The notes below the pieces were generated by a model. The model saw only the letters and a list, made by a program, of their open reading frames with translations, ran no database searches and was not told the DNA's origin. Of a DNA stretch of 64,000 nucleotides, positions 26,119-35,331 are shown one piece after another. The translations under genes and the position numbers were made by a program. The first letter of the stretch is position 1; each line of letters opens with the position of its first letter. This DNA comes from Thermoplasmata archaeon (lineage in GTDB: Archaea; Thermoplasmatota; Thermoplasmata; Lutacidiplasmatales; UBA184): contig DATJUI010000015.1 of the NCBI GenBank assembly GCA_035502455.1, positions 50,249 to 114,248 on the forward strand. The letters are read 5' to 3'.

Positions 26119-27009
26119 ATGGAACGCTTCGAGAGGCAGCTTCGGCAGGCGGAACCCGGGTTTCGCGAGCTGATCGACCGGATCCCGCTCCAGGCGACGC
26201 CCCCGCTCCCGCCGGAGTGGCTTCGCGTGGAGATGCTGGAGCGGAGCCTGCTCCTGCGGCGGGTCCCCGACCTCGAGGGTCGGACGGTCCTCGAGGTCGG
26301 ATCGGGGGCTCACGCCATCTCGACGGTTCCCCTCGCCTGGCGGGTCGGGGGCGCGGGACGGGTCGTCGCGCTCGAACGGTCGCGATGGGGCCAGTTCCGG
26401 CCGGTCGTGACCGCCAGCGGCCTCCTCGAGCGGATCCGACCCGTGGCGGGAGATGCCCGCCGGCTGCCACTGCGCTCCGACGCGGCGGACCTCGCGGTAT
26501 GCCTCCACGGGCTCCGATCCCTGCGGGGCGACGAAAACACCGTCCGGGTCGTCCGCGAGATGCTCCGGATCGCGGAGCGCGTCGTCCTCGCGGAGTCGCT
26601 TCCCATCGCGAGGACCGATGGCCAACGGGCCCATCTCGCCATGTACAACCTCCGCGCGGAGGTGTTCGGGGCGAGCCTGGGAGTTCGCGATGACCTACCG
26701 TACCTGCCGCTCGATCGTCTCGCCTCCTTGGTGGAGCGGGCCGGCGGCGCCGACGTAGAGGCCCGGACCGAGGAGATCGACCTCCCCCACTTCCTCGGCT
26801 ACTTTCCCCGGACGCTCGTGGAGGCGGTCCCTCGGGGCCGTCGACGGGAGGAGCTCCTGGAACGATGGGACGAGGCGGAGGCGATGCGGCGGAGATACGG
26901 CGCCGACCACCCCCCAGTGGGAATCGTCTCGGCGCGGCGGTCCCGGAGCCGGTTCACCCCCGGGGACCCGGAACGACCCCCACCCGGGGCGCGAGGTCCT
27001 GCGGACTGA
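26119..27009 (+). CDS. Class I SAM-dependent methyltransferase
   Basis: VLEVGSGAHAIS (motif I), VVALERS (motif II), DLAVCLHGL (motif III-like). Confidence 0.55.
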   Translation: MERFERQLRQAEPGFRELIDRIPLQATPPLPPEWLRVEMLERSLLLRRVPDLEGRTVLEVGSGAHAISTVPLAWRVGGAGRVVALERSRWGQFRPVVTASGLLERIRPVAGDARRLPLRSDAADLAVCLHGLRSLRGDENTVRVVREMLRIAERVVLAESLPIARTDGQRAHLAMYNLRAEVFGASLGVRDDLPYLPLDRLASLVERAGGADVEARTEEIDLPHFLGYFPRTLVEAVPRGRRREELLERWDEAEAMRRRYGADHPPVGIVSARRSRSRFTPGDPERPPPGARGPAD

Positions 27010-27261
27010 CCGCGCGGCTCGCAGAAGCGCGGCGCGACTTGCCTGGCCCTCCTTCGGACGGACGGGCGAGGGGTCCGGGTCGGGAGACGCCCGAGCAACT
27101 TCCGGCTCGAATTTCGCCATTTTCGTTCGCACCGATCCTCGATCAATGCATCCAGGAATTCTCTCGCAAACGGATTTCCTGCGAGCGGGACCCGCCACGG
27201 CGGGCTTCCGGGGCTCACTGGGCTCTCGGCGCCCGGCTCGAGCCACCTCGGGAGGACGGTT

Positions 27262-27864
27262 TCACCGAACGCTTCTGCGGACCAGCACGTTGCTCTGTCC
27301 GAACGGCCGGACGACGGCAAAACCTTCGCGTTCGAACATGCCGGCCGATCCGAACCAAGTGGCCACCGCCCTTTCGTGGGTCGCGGGATACGCCTCTACG
27401 ATACCCCCACCGTGCCGCCGAATCGCCTGGAGCGCGGCATGCAGCGCGAACCGCGCGACCCCCGACCTTCGGAACGGTCGGTCGACAAAGAAGCAGGTAA
27501 TCCTCCAGCTCGGCGCCGGACCGAGGCGGTCCGCTATCGACCGGTACTTTCGACCGCGATCGACTCGTGGCAGATCCTCGCGGCGACCGAACTGGCACCA
27601 TCCGACCGGTCGGCCACCTTGGTAGACCAGGATCCCGTGGGCGCGACCCCGCATCAGCAGGGCACGATGGTCACGTCGGTTTGCGTCCTGGCGAGCCCTG
27701 CTCTCAAGGGGCCCCGTGGGACCCCCTCGATGGTAGAACATGCACCAGCATCCGGCCTGGACCCCGCGGTACTTTCGAAACAGGGTTTCGAAGGCCGACC
27801 AGGTCGAGGGCGAAAGTTCGCGGGCCTCCAACGTCCGCTCGACCGGTCCGCTCGTTCGCGACAC
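27262..27864 (-). CDS. GNAT family N-acetyltransferase
   Basis: ITCFFVDRPFRRSGVARFALHAAL (acetyl-CoA binding motif A: Q/RxxGxG/A). Confidence 0.7.
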   Translation of the reverse strand: MSRTSGPVERTLEARELSPSTWSAFETLFRKYRGVQAGCWCMFYHRGGPTGPLESRARQDANRRDHRALLMRGRAHGILVYQGGRPVGWCQFGRREDLPRVDRGRKYRSIADRLGPAPSWRITCFFVDRPFRRSGVARFALHAALQAIRRHGGGIVEAYPATHERAVATWFGSAGMFEREGFAVVRPFGQSNVLVRRSVR

Positions 27865-27886
27865 GCTCTCGACTCAATGAGCCTGG

Positions 27887-28519
27887 ATGGCCGAAGAAGA
27901 TTCGCATCGGGTGGGGCTCGGTACCGTTCCGCCAGGTCTGCCCACCGTTTATGGCCGCATCGAAGTCTGTGCTCCCTGCCGGAGGACATCGCCCGTGACC
28001 GAACTGGACGCGTTACGAACGTTCTATCGCTACAATGCCAGGGTCCGACGCCGGTACCTGGCCGCGATCCTCGCCCTGCCTCCGGCCGAACGATTGAAGG
28101 ATCGAGGGGCCTCGTATCCCTCGCTCCAGGAGGTCTTCGTTCATGTTCTGGATGGGATCTTCTGGTGGTTGCAGTACGTCGCTCAGGACCGGACGAGCGA
28201 GGCCGAGCAGCTCCCGGCCCGCGAGCTGACCCCCGATCGGTTGGGCGCGGAACTAGCCCGGGCCGAACGGCTGGCGACGGAGTACCTGGACTCGCTCGAG
28301 GAGAGTGACCTTTCCGAAGAGATGGTTTGCCACCTCACCGAGGGCGGGAGCAGCTCCGAAGCGCGCTTCCCGATCGCCGACGTACTGTGGCATCTCGTGG
28401 AAGAAGAGCTCCAGCACCGGGGAGAGCTCAACGCCTTGCTCTGGCAGATGAACGTTGACCCTCCGATCGCCACGGTCGAGGACTGGAACGCGTCGAAGGG
28501 GACGGCGCTTCCCGGGTGA
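27887..28519 (+). CDS. DinB/YfiT-like (DinB_2) metal-dependent four-helix-bundle protein
   Basis: LRTFYRYNARVRRRYL ... EVFVHVLDGIFWWL ... WHLVEEELQHRGEL gives the His-triad spacing of the DinB superfamily. An in-frame GTG at 27995 with a TTTAT box ~45 nt upstream is a likely true start. Confidence 0.7.
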   Translation: MAEEDSHRVGLGTVPPGLPTVYGRIEVCAPCRRTSPVTELDALRTFYRYNARVRRRYLAAILALPPAERLKDRGASYPSLQEVFVHVLDGIFWWLQYVAQDRTSEAEQLPARELTPDRLGAELARAERLATEYLDSLEESDLSEEMVCHLTEGGSSSEARFPIADVLWHLVEEELQHRGELNALLWQMNVDPPIATVEDWNASKGTALPG

Positions 28520-28830
28520 CCTCGCTCTCAACCCATCTGCGACACCGATCCCGGGGCGTGGGGTGCGCCCGCACGGGGTAGGGCCGGACGGTTCCCGCAG
28601 GTTGAAGCCGAGCGGAGGGACTGGACCGAGTACGAGGACAGGTGAGGAGTCTCGGCACCGCTACGGTCGAGGATGGAGAACCTCGCGGCCGATACCTTGG
28701 AAGTTCGATCGCTCTTCGGCCGGCAGTCATCGCAGGAAGGAGGCGGCTGTTCGCCTCCGCTGGGACCGAATCGGCCAGGGCGGTCCACGGCGGATCCTGA
28801 GCCACCGCGAAGCAGCTCGTTCGCACGCGA

Positions 28831-29109
28831 TAGCTTTCGGTAGAAGCCCGGGCGTGCGCGGAATCCTCCAACCTTCACGGTCTCGCGGTCTACGATGTAG
28901 AACATGCGAAATCCGTTGACCTTCATCGCCCAAATAGAAAGGACGACCCCGGGAGGCGGAGATCGCGGCGATACCTCGTACCCCGGGCCGGAAGCGAACG
29001 GATCCCTCGCCATCCTTCGAATCCCCCGCTCGTCGACCGCCCGTACGTGCGGGGGCAGCGGAAAGAACTCCGGCGGGGCCCTGCGGTGACGAACGACCCG
29101 GAAGGGCAC
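28831..29109 (-). pseudogene. Possible degraded ParE/RelE-family toxin remnant
   Basis: Within ORF 28528..29109: ...RAVDERGIRRMARDPFASGPGYEVSP...GFRMFYIVDRETVKVGGF... echoes the ParE pattern (G.p...L.pg.R...YRiiYrv.ed.v.Ilrv.H). The catalytic His/Arg region is altered and there is no in-frame stop, so it reads through. Confidence 0.2.
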
Positions 29110-29342
29110 GCTGCCGGCCCCGGGCCCGGCGGGTGCGAGACTCCGCGAGCATTCCCTCGACCGGCTCGAACTCCTCCGAACGGCAGCGTCGGTGGAGCTC
29201 CGCTCAATTCGGGCGGTTCGGATGAGCCGCCGATCGCATCACGACGACGTCGTCGTACGACTCCTCGCCGGATTTGAGCATCCCCGGAAGTTCTCGGGTC
29301 CGTCGACTGACCGCTCGCGTCGTGCCCATACATCGAGACGCA

Positions 29343-29362
29343 CGCTATAATGGAAATAACAG
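29343..29362 (-). terminator. T-rich tract downstream of tRNA-Arg (putative archaeal terminator)
   Basis: Minus-sense TGTTATTTCCATTATAG shortly after the tRNA 3' end. Confidence 0.25.
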
Positions 29363-29382
29363 CGCGGACGGAGCCGGCGACA

Positions 29383-29457
29383 CGGGCGCGGAGGGATTTG
29401 AACCCTCGACCGCCGGGTTAGGAACCCGGTGCCCTATCCAAGCTAGGCTACGCGCCC
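29383..29457 (-). tRNA. tRNA-Arg (anticodon CCU), CCA not encoded
   Basis: Cloverleaf: acceptor GGGCGCG/CGCGCCC, D-arm GCCT-AGCTTGGATA-GGGC, anticodon stem CCGGG/CCCGG with loop TTCCTAA, variable CGGTC, T-arm GAGGG-TTCAAAT-CCCTC, discriminator G. T-rich stretch downstream. Confidence 0.85.
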
Positions 29458-29483
29458 GATCCCGTCCGACCCTCGGCGGGTTA

Positions 29484-30545
29484 TCATGACTTCGCGACCG
29501 CGCGACGGTCGCCGGACAGGAGACGGTCGTAGCGGTGGTCCATCGGGGCGGAGAAGTCGGTCGCCGCCTCCTGGGCGATCTCGATCCCCTCGAGATGCTC
29601 GCGGATCGTCGGGAGGACGGGACGACGGGGCGCGCCGTCGGAGACGGCCGGGGAAGAGCCCCCCAGCGCCCCCAGCAACCACCGGTCCTCCCCGACCACG
29701 AAGAGGAACGGGTACACCCGCGATTCCCGCGTGAGCGCGGCGAACAGGAGCTCGGGCCGGGCCCCGGAGCGCGGCGAACCCGACAGCAGCACGACCTGGT
29801 CGCCGGATCGCCCGCGGTACGGGGGGAGCCGGGCCGGGTCGAGCAGGGTCCGGTGCGTGATCCATCCCTTCGCGAGCATCCGCCGCTGCGAGAACGGGAG
29901 GCCGAACGGCCCGACCAGGTGGGGGCCCTTACCCTGCGCCGGGGCCACGAACGGTCGGTCGAGCAGCTCGCCGACCGCCCACCGTTGGTGGGCGGTGATC
30001 GGCACGGGCGTCCCGTCGTCCCGCTCCTCGGGCAGCGCGCCCCCCAACCCGTGCGGGTACGCGAGCGTGCCGGAAAGGCCCGCGAGATGGCACCAGAGCC
30101 CCTCGAAGTCGAAGTAGACGGGGACGGTCGGGGCGTCCGAACGGACGGTGATCGCGAGCGGGTTCGCCGCGAGGCGGTCCGTCCCGAGCTTCTCGGTGAG
30201 CTTCGCGCCGTCCTGCGGGCGCGCGTGGAGGACGACCGCGATCCCGATCTGGGAGCCCGTCCAGAGCACCACGTTCCCGGGTTCCCGGGTGATCCGTTGG
30301 ACGAACTCCTCGAACCGGTCGACGTACGGCCGGGCCACGACGAACGTGGCGAACGGAAGACCGAGCCGGCCCGGATGCGGGACGTACCGGTCCCGCAGCC
30401 ACCCTTCCTCGTACGCCCGGCGGCGGACGGCGTGGTAGGTCGACCGGGGGATCCCGACCTGGTGGAGTCGCTCCCGCTCCCGATCCGGCCGCGCGGCGAG
30501 GAGCACCGCGATCACGCGGGCCTCGGAGTCGGTCAGCGCCCGCAC
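29484..30545 (-). CDS. Lrp/AsnC-like winged-HTH regulator with duplicated C-terminal effector-like domains
   Basis: N-terminal HTH LTDSEARVIAVLL...GIPRSTYHAVRRRAYEEGWL followed by two similar halves (RYVPHPGRLGLPFATFVVARP... / RRMLAKGWITHRTLLDPARL...). Confidence 0.5.
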   Translation of the reverse strand: MRALTDSEARVIAVLLAARPDRERERLHQVGIPRSTYHAVRRRAYEEGWLRDRYVPHPGRLGLPFATFVVARPYVDRFEEFVQRITREPGNVVLWTGSQIGIAVVLHARPQDGAKLTEKLGTDRLAANPLAITVRSDAPTVPVYFDFEGLWCHLAGLSGTLAYPHGLGGALPEERDDGTPVPITAHQRWAVGELLDRPFVAPAQGKGPHLVGPFGLPFSQRRMLAKGWITHRTLLDPARLPPYRGRSGDQVVLLSGSPRSGARPELLFAALTRESRVYPFLFVVGEDRWLLGALGGSSPAVSDGAPRRPVLPTIREHLEGIEIAQEAATDFSAPMDHRYDRLLSGDRRAVAKS

Positions 30546-30677
30546 TGGGAAGGCTCCCTCCGGTTGCGACGGTCTAGCACGCGGTCCAACGCCCCGAACG
30601 GGGCGCGGAACTTTGCTTTAAGCGGTCCGCGCCGCATCGACGGCCCGAGTCGGGCCGGTAGGGGGCGGAACGCATCC

Positions 30678-32117
30678 ATGGCGCAGGTGGGCCGGGGCAT
30701 CACGGTGGCGGTCGCGCTACTGGTCGGGGTCCTCATGGTCTTTGTCCTCCCCGCGTCGGCGGCCGCCCCCGGCGCGTCCGCGTCCCCGTACGCGGCGGGT
30801 TCGACGTGGGCGTACGGCGGGGTGAAGACGGTCACCTACTCCGGAGCGGTCGGCAGCTGGCAGTACGTCGGCCAGGCGACCTTCGGATACTCCGTCCTTC
30901 TCGAAGAGAACTCGAGCAGCTCCCCGTTCGAGGTCTACGTCGACCGGACGATGGGGGCGCTCGTCACGACCGAGTTCTGCACCCCGAGCTGCGACCACCC
31001 GACCGACGCGGCGAACCTCACCTACCACACGTGGGAGACCGAGCAGGCCTGGGCGAACTTCACGACCGCGGGGTCGGTGACCGAAGGCTCGGCCTCGGTC
31101 GCCGCGATCGCCCTCGAGAACTCGCACGCGGTGGTCAACGGCTCCCTGACCGAGTCGTCGACGTCCGATCTCGCGGGCGTCGACCGGGCCCGGACGCTCA
31201 ACGTGACCGTCGGCGGCGACTCGAACGTCTCGTTCGACACTCCCCTCGGGCTGCTGCCGCTCTCGCTCTCCGCGGGCACCGGGCAGAGCTGGTCGTCGAC
31301 GAGCGCGTTCGCGGCCTCGGGCGGTTCGTCGTGGGCGCTCGTCTACACCGTGGTCGGACCGGCGGGCGGGATCGTCTCGGTCGCCCGCTCGGGAAACGGG
31401 ACGGTCAACTCGACGGGCGAGGTGGGCCTCGTCGGTATGTACGCGCCGGGCCAGTCGTTCTCGTACAACGGCACGACCTACCCCGCGGTGGCGATCCAGG
31501 TGACCGGACCGTTCGCGGTGCGCGAAGGGTTCATCTTCCTGCCGTCGGGCTCCGACCTCTTCGGCACGTCGGCCCAGCCGTGGAGCGGGAACCAGTCGGG
31601 CGCCGCGACGGCGTCGCTCGAGTTCGTCGACGCCCTCCCGTTCGTCGCGGGCCACTTGGGTCTCGTGGCGTCGGCGTGGCAGTACGCCCCGACCGCCTCG
31701 TTCGATACGGCCGCCCTCCAACCGGCCGGCCCCGACGGACCGGTCGCCGACGCGGCGCCGGTGAACGTCTCGCCGTCGCCGACGACCGTGCAGGGGCAGC
31801 CGCAGTCCCCCAACGATGCGGAGCAGGACCACAACTGCCTCGTCAACGGCCAGGGCTGCCCCTCGGCCGCGACGCAACCCGGCCCGGGTCCGTCGCTCCA
31901 TGGGCTGTTCGGCTACCTCCTGGTCGCGGTCGTCCTCGGGGCGATCATCGGGGCGGTCGTGGTCGTGGACCGCCGCCGGGTGCCGCCGCCGCAGTACCCC
32001 AACGCGGCGCTCTATCCCCCCGGCGAGAGCGGATCCACGGACCGCCCGACCGGGGCGCCGGCCCCGTCGGCGCCGGAGCCGCCGCCCGAGGACGACCCGC
32101 TCAGCCACCTGTGGTAG
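30678..32117 (+). CDS. Secreted, heavily N-glycosylation-sequon-rich surface protein with a C-terminal TM anchor
   Basis: Internal ATG of ORF 29535..32117; signal peptide MAQVGRGITVAVALLVGVLMVFVLPASAAAPGASA; about 20 N-x-S/T sequons; C-terminal TM helix (LFGYLLVAVVLGAIIGAVVVV) plus Pro-rich tail. Confidence 0.65.
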   Translation: MAQVGRGITVAVALLVGVLMVFVLPASAAAPGASASPYAAGSTWAYGGVKTVTYSGAVGSWQYVGQATFGYSVLLEENSSSSPFEVYVDRTMGALVTTEFCTPSCDHPTDAANLTYHTWETEQAWANFTTAGSVTEGSASVAAIALENSHAVVNGSLTESSTSDLAGVDRARTLNVTVGGDSNVSFDTPLGLLPLSLSAGTGQSWSSTSAFAASGGSSWALVYTVVGPAGGIVSVARSGNGTVNSTGEVGLVGMYAPGQSFSYNGTTYPAVAIQVTGPFAVREGFIFLPSGSDLFGTSAQPWSGNQSGAATASLEFVDALPFVAGHLGLVASAWQYAPTASFDTAALQPAGPDGPVADAAPVNVSPSPTTVQGQPQSPNDAEQDHNCLVNGQGCPSAATQPGPGPSLHGLFGYLLVAVVLGAIIGAVVVVDRRRVPPPQYPNAALYPPGESGSTDRPTGAPAPSAPEPPPEDDPLSHLW

Positions 32118-33417
32118 GCGCGGATCCGGGCGACGCCCCCGAGCGCGGGGGCACCGCGCGAGTGGCGAGCGGGTAGCGCAGGATCGCGGCGACCCCCTGG
32201 AACGCCTTCTGGAGCATCTCGCCCTCCTCGCTCTCCGTGGAGATCAGCCGGACGGTGGCGCCGGACTCCGCGGCGCGCCGGAACAGGCTCTCCACGAAGT
32301 CCTCGCGGCGCGCCTCGGTGAGCGACCGCTGGCCGCAGTGCGGGCACGGGCCGTCGAGGACGGCGTCGATCGCGTCGTCGGCGAGCGTGCGCACGAACTC
32401 CTGCTGGCACGCGGTGCAGCGGAAGGTGACGCGGTGCTGGCGGATCCCTTCGGAGATGAGCAGCGTGTCGACGGCGCCCGCGTCGAGCGCCCGGTTGACG
32501 TCGACCTCGCCGTAGGCGGCGAGCCCGCTCTCGGCCTTACGGATCTCGGCGAGCAGCCGCTGGATGATCCGCTTCTCCTCGGTGATCTCGAGCCCATGGA
32601 GGGTCTGGGTCGCCTTCTCCACGAGCTCGCGGAGGCCGTACTCGTCGGTGTAGCCGGTGTCGAACAGCGGCTGGACGACCTTCGCCTGCAGCTCGTGGTG
32701 GAGGTACCCTTCCTTGTAGAAGTACTCCTTCGTGGCGCCGGGCCCGCCGAGCAGGATCCCCTTGAGCTCGTCCTTGCGCGGCAGGAACAGCTCGCCCGCG
32801 ATCTCGCCGATGCGCACGAAGAACTCGTGGGCGGCGTGCTCGATCATCCGCTCGAACCGGTGGGCCGACTGGCCGCCCCGCCCGTGCTTGCTCGGCACCT
32901 GCGACTGGCGGTTCCGCAGCGGCTCCACGCGCTTGCCGCGGAGCAGGCCGAGGGTGACCTCCGCCCGGTCCATCACGATCAGTCCCCAGACGTCCGGTTC
33001 GTGGACCATCGCCAGGAGCGGGTCGAGGAAGAACGTCGAGTCGCAGCGGTAGAGGTAGGTGTTGAGCGGCTCGGGCGGCTCGACGATGAACGTCACGGGC
33101 TCCGACTTGTCGGCGCCCACCGCGCGGCTGCCGACGAAGAAGGCGACGCCGTGCGGCGGCGCCTCCCGGTACGCCCGGACGCGGCCCATGATCGACTCGA
33201 TCGCCCACATGACGTTCTTGCGGGTCGTGCGGCTCTTGATGTTCGAGCTCTGGGCGTACTCGTTGCGGAGGTACGCCATGACGTCCGAGATCTGCTTGCC
33301 CGGCGGCACGTAGAGCGAGATCAGCTCGGTCGCGCGCCCGCGGCACGCCGCGATCTCATCGAGCTTGCGCTGGAACGAGTAGCGGGCCAGCTGCAGCTCG
33401 GCGGACGGGAGGCTCAT
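32101..33417 (-). CDS. prf1: Peptide chain release factor aRF1
   Basis: NIKS motif (SSNIKSRTTRKN) and GGQ motif (HGRGGQSAHRF). The C-domain contains CTAC...CPHC. Start is the ATG at 33415-33417 within ORF 32101..33744. Confidence 0.9.
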   Translation of the reverse strand: MSLPSAELQLARYSFQRKLDEIAACRGRATELISLYVPPGKQISDVMAYLRNEYAQSSNIKSRTTRKNVMWAIESIMGRVRAYREAPPHGVAFFVGSRAVGADKSEPVTFIVEPPEPLNTYLYRCDSTFFLDPLLAMVHEPDVWGLIVMDRAEVTLGLLRGKRVEPLRNRQSQVPSKHGRGGQSAHRFERMIEHAAHEFFVRIGEIAGELFLPRKDELKGILLGGPGATKEYFYKEGYLHHELQAKVVQPLFDTGYTDEYGLRELVEKATQTLHGLEITEEKRIIQRLLAEIRKAESGLAAYGEVDVNRALDAGAVDTLLISEGIRQHRVTFRCTACQQEFVRTLADDAIDAVLDGPCPHCGQRSLTEARREDFVESLFRRAAESGATVRLISTESEEGEMLQKAFQGVAAILRYPLATRAVPPRSGASPGSAPTTGG

Positions 33418-33509
33418 CGCGCCCCCCGGCTCGACGGAGAAACCGGGCTCGGGGCTCGCTGCGCGCCCACCGGTCCCGCCGGCCGGCGCCCGTCCCCCGG
33501 GCGGGAGAG

Positions 33510-33827
33510 TCAGAGAAGACGGCGGATGTGCTCGTCGATGACCTCTTCGGGGTACGCGCCCACGATCCGGTCGACGAGCTTGCCCTGCTTGTAGAACAGC
33601 AGCGTGGGGATGCTCATGATGCCGAGCGCCCCCGCCTTGTCGCCGTTGTCGTCCGAGTTCATCTTGCCGAACGCGACCTGGCCCTGGTACTTCTGGCTGA
33701 GCCGGTCGACGATCGGCGAGACCATCCGGCACGGCCCGCACCACGGCGCCCAGATGTCGACCACGACCGCGCCGTTCTCCTGCGCGAACTTGTCGAAGTT
33801 GCTACTGCCGATCTCTTGAACGGACAT
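33510..33827 (-). CDS. trxA: Thioredoxin
   Basis: WAPWCGPC active site, 105 aa. Confidence 0.9.
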   Translation of the reverse strand: MSVQEIGSSNFDKFAQENGAVVVDIWAPWCGPCRMVSPIVDRLSQKYQGQVAFGKMNSDDNGDKAGALGIMSIPTLLFYKQGKLVDRIVGAYPEEVIDEHIRRLL

Positions 33828-33858
33828 GGAGTCCCACGGCGAGGGAAGGCGTGCGCGT

Positions 33859-33868
33859 CTATTTTATG
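33859..33868 (-). promoter_or_regulatory. TATA box (CCATAAAATAG on the minus strand) upstream of trxA
   Basis: AT-rich island 32-41 nt upstream of the ATG. Confidence 0.4.
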
Positions 33869-33994
33869 GTTCACGGAAGCGGGCGTAAGTTTCCGGCGGG
33901 ACCGGCCGCCTCCGGCGCGTCCGGTCGCGGCGCGCGCGCCGGCCCCCCTCGACCCCCCCAAGCGTCTTTGTAGAGCCGGCGCCTCTCCTCGCCC

Positions 33995-34813
33995 GTGACG
34001 TACGCACCCGCGGGCGGTGCGACGGGCGACGGGTTCCCCGCCCCGACGGGCGAGGCGGTGCCCGCGCTCGTGCGCGGCTCCCGGCGGCCGGCGCTGCTGA
34101 CGCCGTCCGCCCGCAAGGGGATCCGGCAGCGGATGCTGCGGTTCCGCCAGGCCGCGCTCGATCGGATCGTCGCGCTCACCGGCGTCGCGCCCGCCGAGCT
34201 GCAGCGGTTCCGGCGCGAGCTGCGCGAGAGCGACCTCCCCGACGTGCTCATCCAGCGCGGTGCCGGCGAGGCGTTCGCCCGGGAGCTGCCGCAGGGCGCG
34301 CTCCTCTACCTGCTCGTGCGGGCGCTGCGGCCGACGTACGTGGTCGAGACCGGGGTGCGCCCGGGCTACTCGACCGCCTGGATCCTGGCGGCGCTCGACG
34401 CGGAGGCGAACGGATCGCTGACCTCGGTGGGCCCGGGTCCCACGGCGGGCCGCAACCTCGGGGTGCGCGACGTCACCGTGGGACAGTTCGTCCCGCCCGC
34501 GCTGCGGGGCCGTTGGACCCTCGCGCTCGGGAACACCGAAGAGCGCGTCCGGGAGATCCTCGACCGCGCCCGGCACGTCGACCTGTTCTTCTACGACAAC
34601 GGACCCGACGCGGACCGGGCCCGGTTCGAGCTTCGGGCCGGCTGGGAGTCGCTCTCCGAGCGGGGGATCGTGCTGGCGCACCACGTGGAGGCGAACGCGG
34701 CGTGGGCCGACTTCTGCCGCTGGCAGGGACTGTCGCCCCAGCTGTTCGACCCCGGACCGCCGCCGATGGGCGCGCTCGGGGTCCGCGCGACGGCCCGCGC
34801 GCGGACGCGCTAG
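33995..34813 (+). CDS. Class I SAM-dependent O-methyltransferase (Methyltransf_24 / TylF-like)
   Basis: LLYLLVRALRPTYVVETGVRPGYSTAWILAAL ... VDLFFYDNGPDADRARFEL. Confidence 0.6.
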   Translation: MTYAPAGGATGDGFPAPTGEAVPALVRGSRRPALLTPSARKGIRQRMLRFRQAALDRIVALTGVAPAELQRFRRELRESDLPDVLIQRGAGEAFARELPQGALLYLLVRALRPTYVVETGVRPGYSTAWILAALDAEANGSLTSVGPGPTAGRNLGVRDVTVGQFVPPALRGRWTLALGNTEERVREILDRARHVDLFFYDNGPDADRARFELRAGWESLSERGIVLAHHVEANAAWADFCRWQGLSPQLFDPGPPPMGALGVRATARARTR

Positions 34814-35331
34814 CGCTCGAGCTCCTCGACCAGGTGGATCGCGGCGGGGACGATCAGCTTCTCGACCGCCGTGCGCACCGCGCGCTCGCTGCCCGGCAGC
34901 GCGAAGACCGGCTTTCCGTTGAGGACGAACAGCGAGGCTCGGCTGATGATCGCGAGCGGCCCCACCTCCTGGAAGCTCAGGGCCCGGTAGATCTCCCCGA
35001 ACCCCTCGAGCCGCTTGCCGCCCATCGTCTCGAGCGCCGTGACCGTGAGGTCGCGCGAGCTCACGCCGGTCCCGCCCACGGTGACGGCCGCCTCGACCCC
35101 GACGTCCTTCAGCCACGGGTCGAGGGCGTCGCGCACGTCGGCGACCGAGTTCGCGACCAGCCGGTAGTGCACGACCTGGTGGCCGCCGTGCTGGAGCAGC
35201 GCGCGCGCGAGGTGACCGGACGGATCGTCGTCCTCGGTGTGGGTGTCGGAGACCGACAGCACCCCGAAGCCGAGCGCCCGGGTGCCGCCGAGGTGGTGGC
35301 GCGACGTGGCCTGGGGCGGAGCGTCGGTCAT
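34810..35331 (-). CDS. moaB: Molybdenum cofactor biosynthesis protein B (MoaB/MogA family)
   Basis: GFGVLSVSDT...GGTGVSSRD (GGTG motif). Start is the internal ATG at 35329-35331 of ORF 34810..35439. Confidence 0.8.
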   Translation of the reverse strand: MTDAPPQATSRHHLGGTRALGFGVLSVSDTHTEDDDPSGHLARALLQHGGHQVVHYRLVANSVADVRDALDPWLKDVGVEAAVTVGGTGVSSRDLTVTALETMGGKRLEGFGEIYRALSFQEVGPLAIISRASLFVLNGKPVFALPGSERAVRTAVEKLIVPAAIHLVEELER

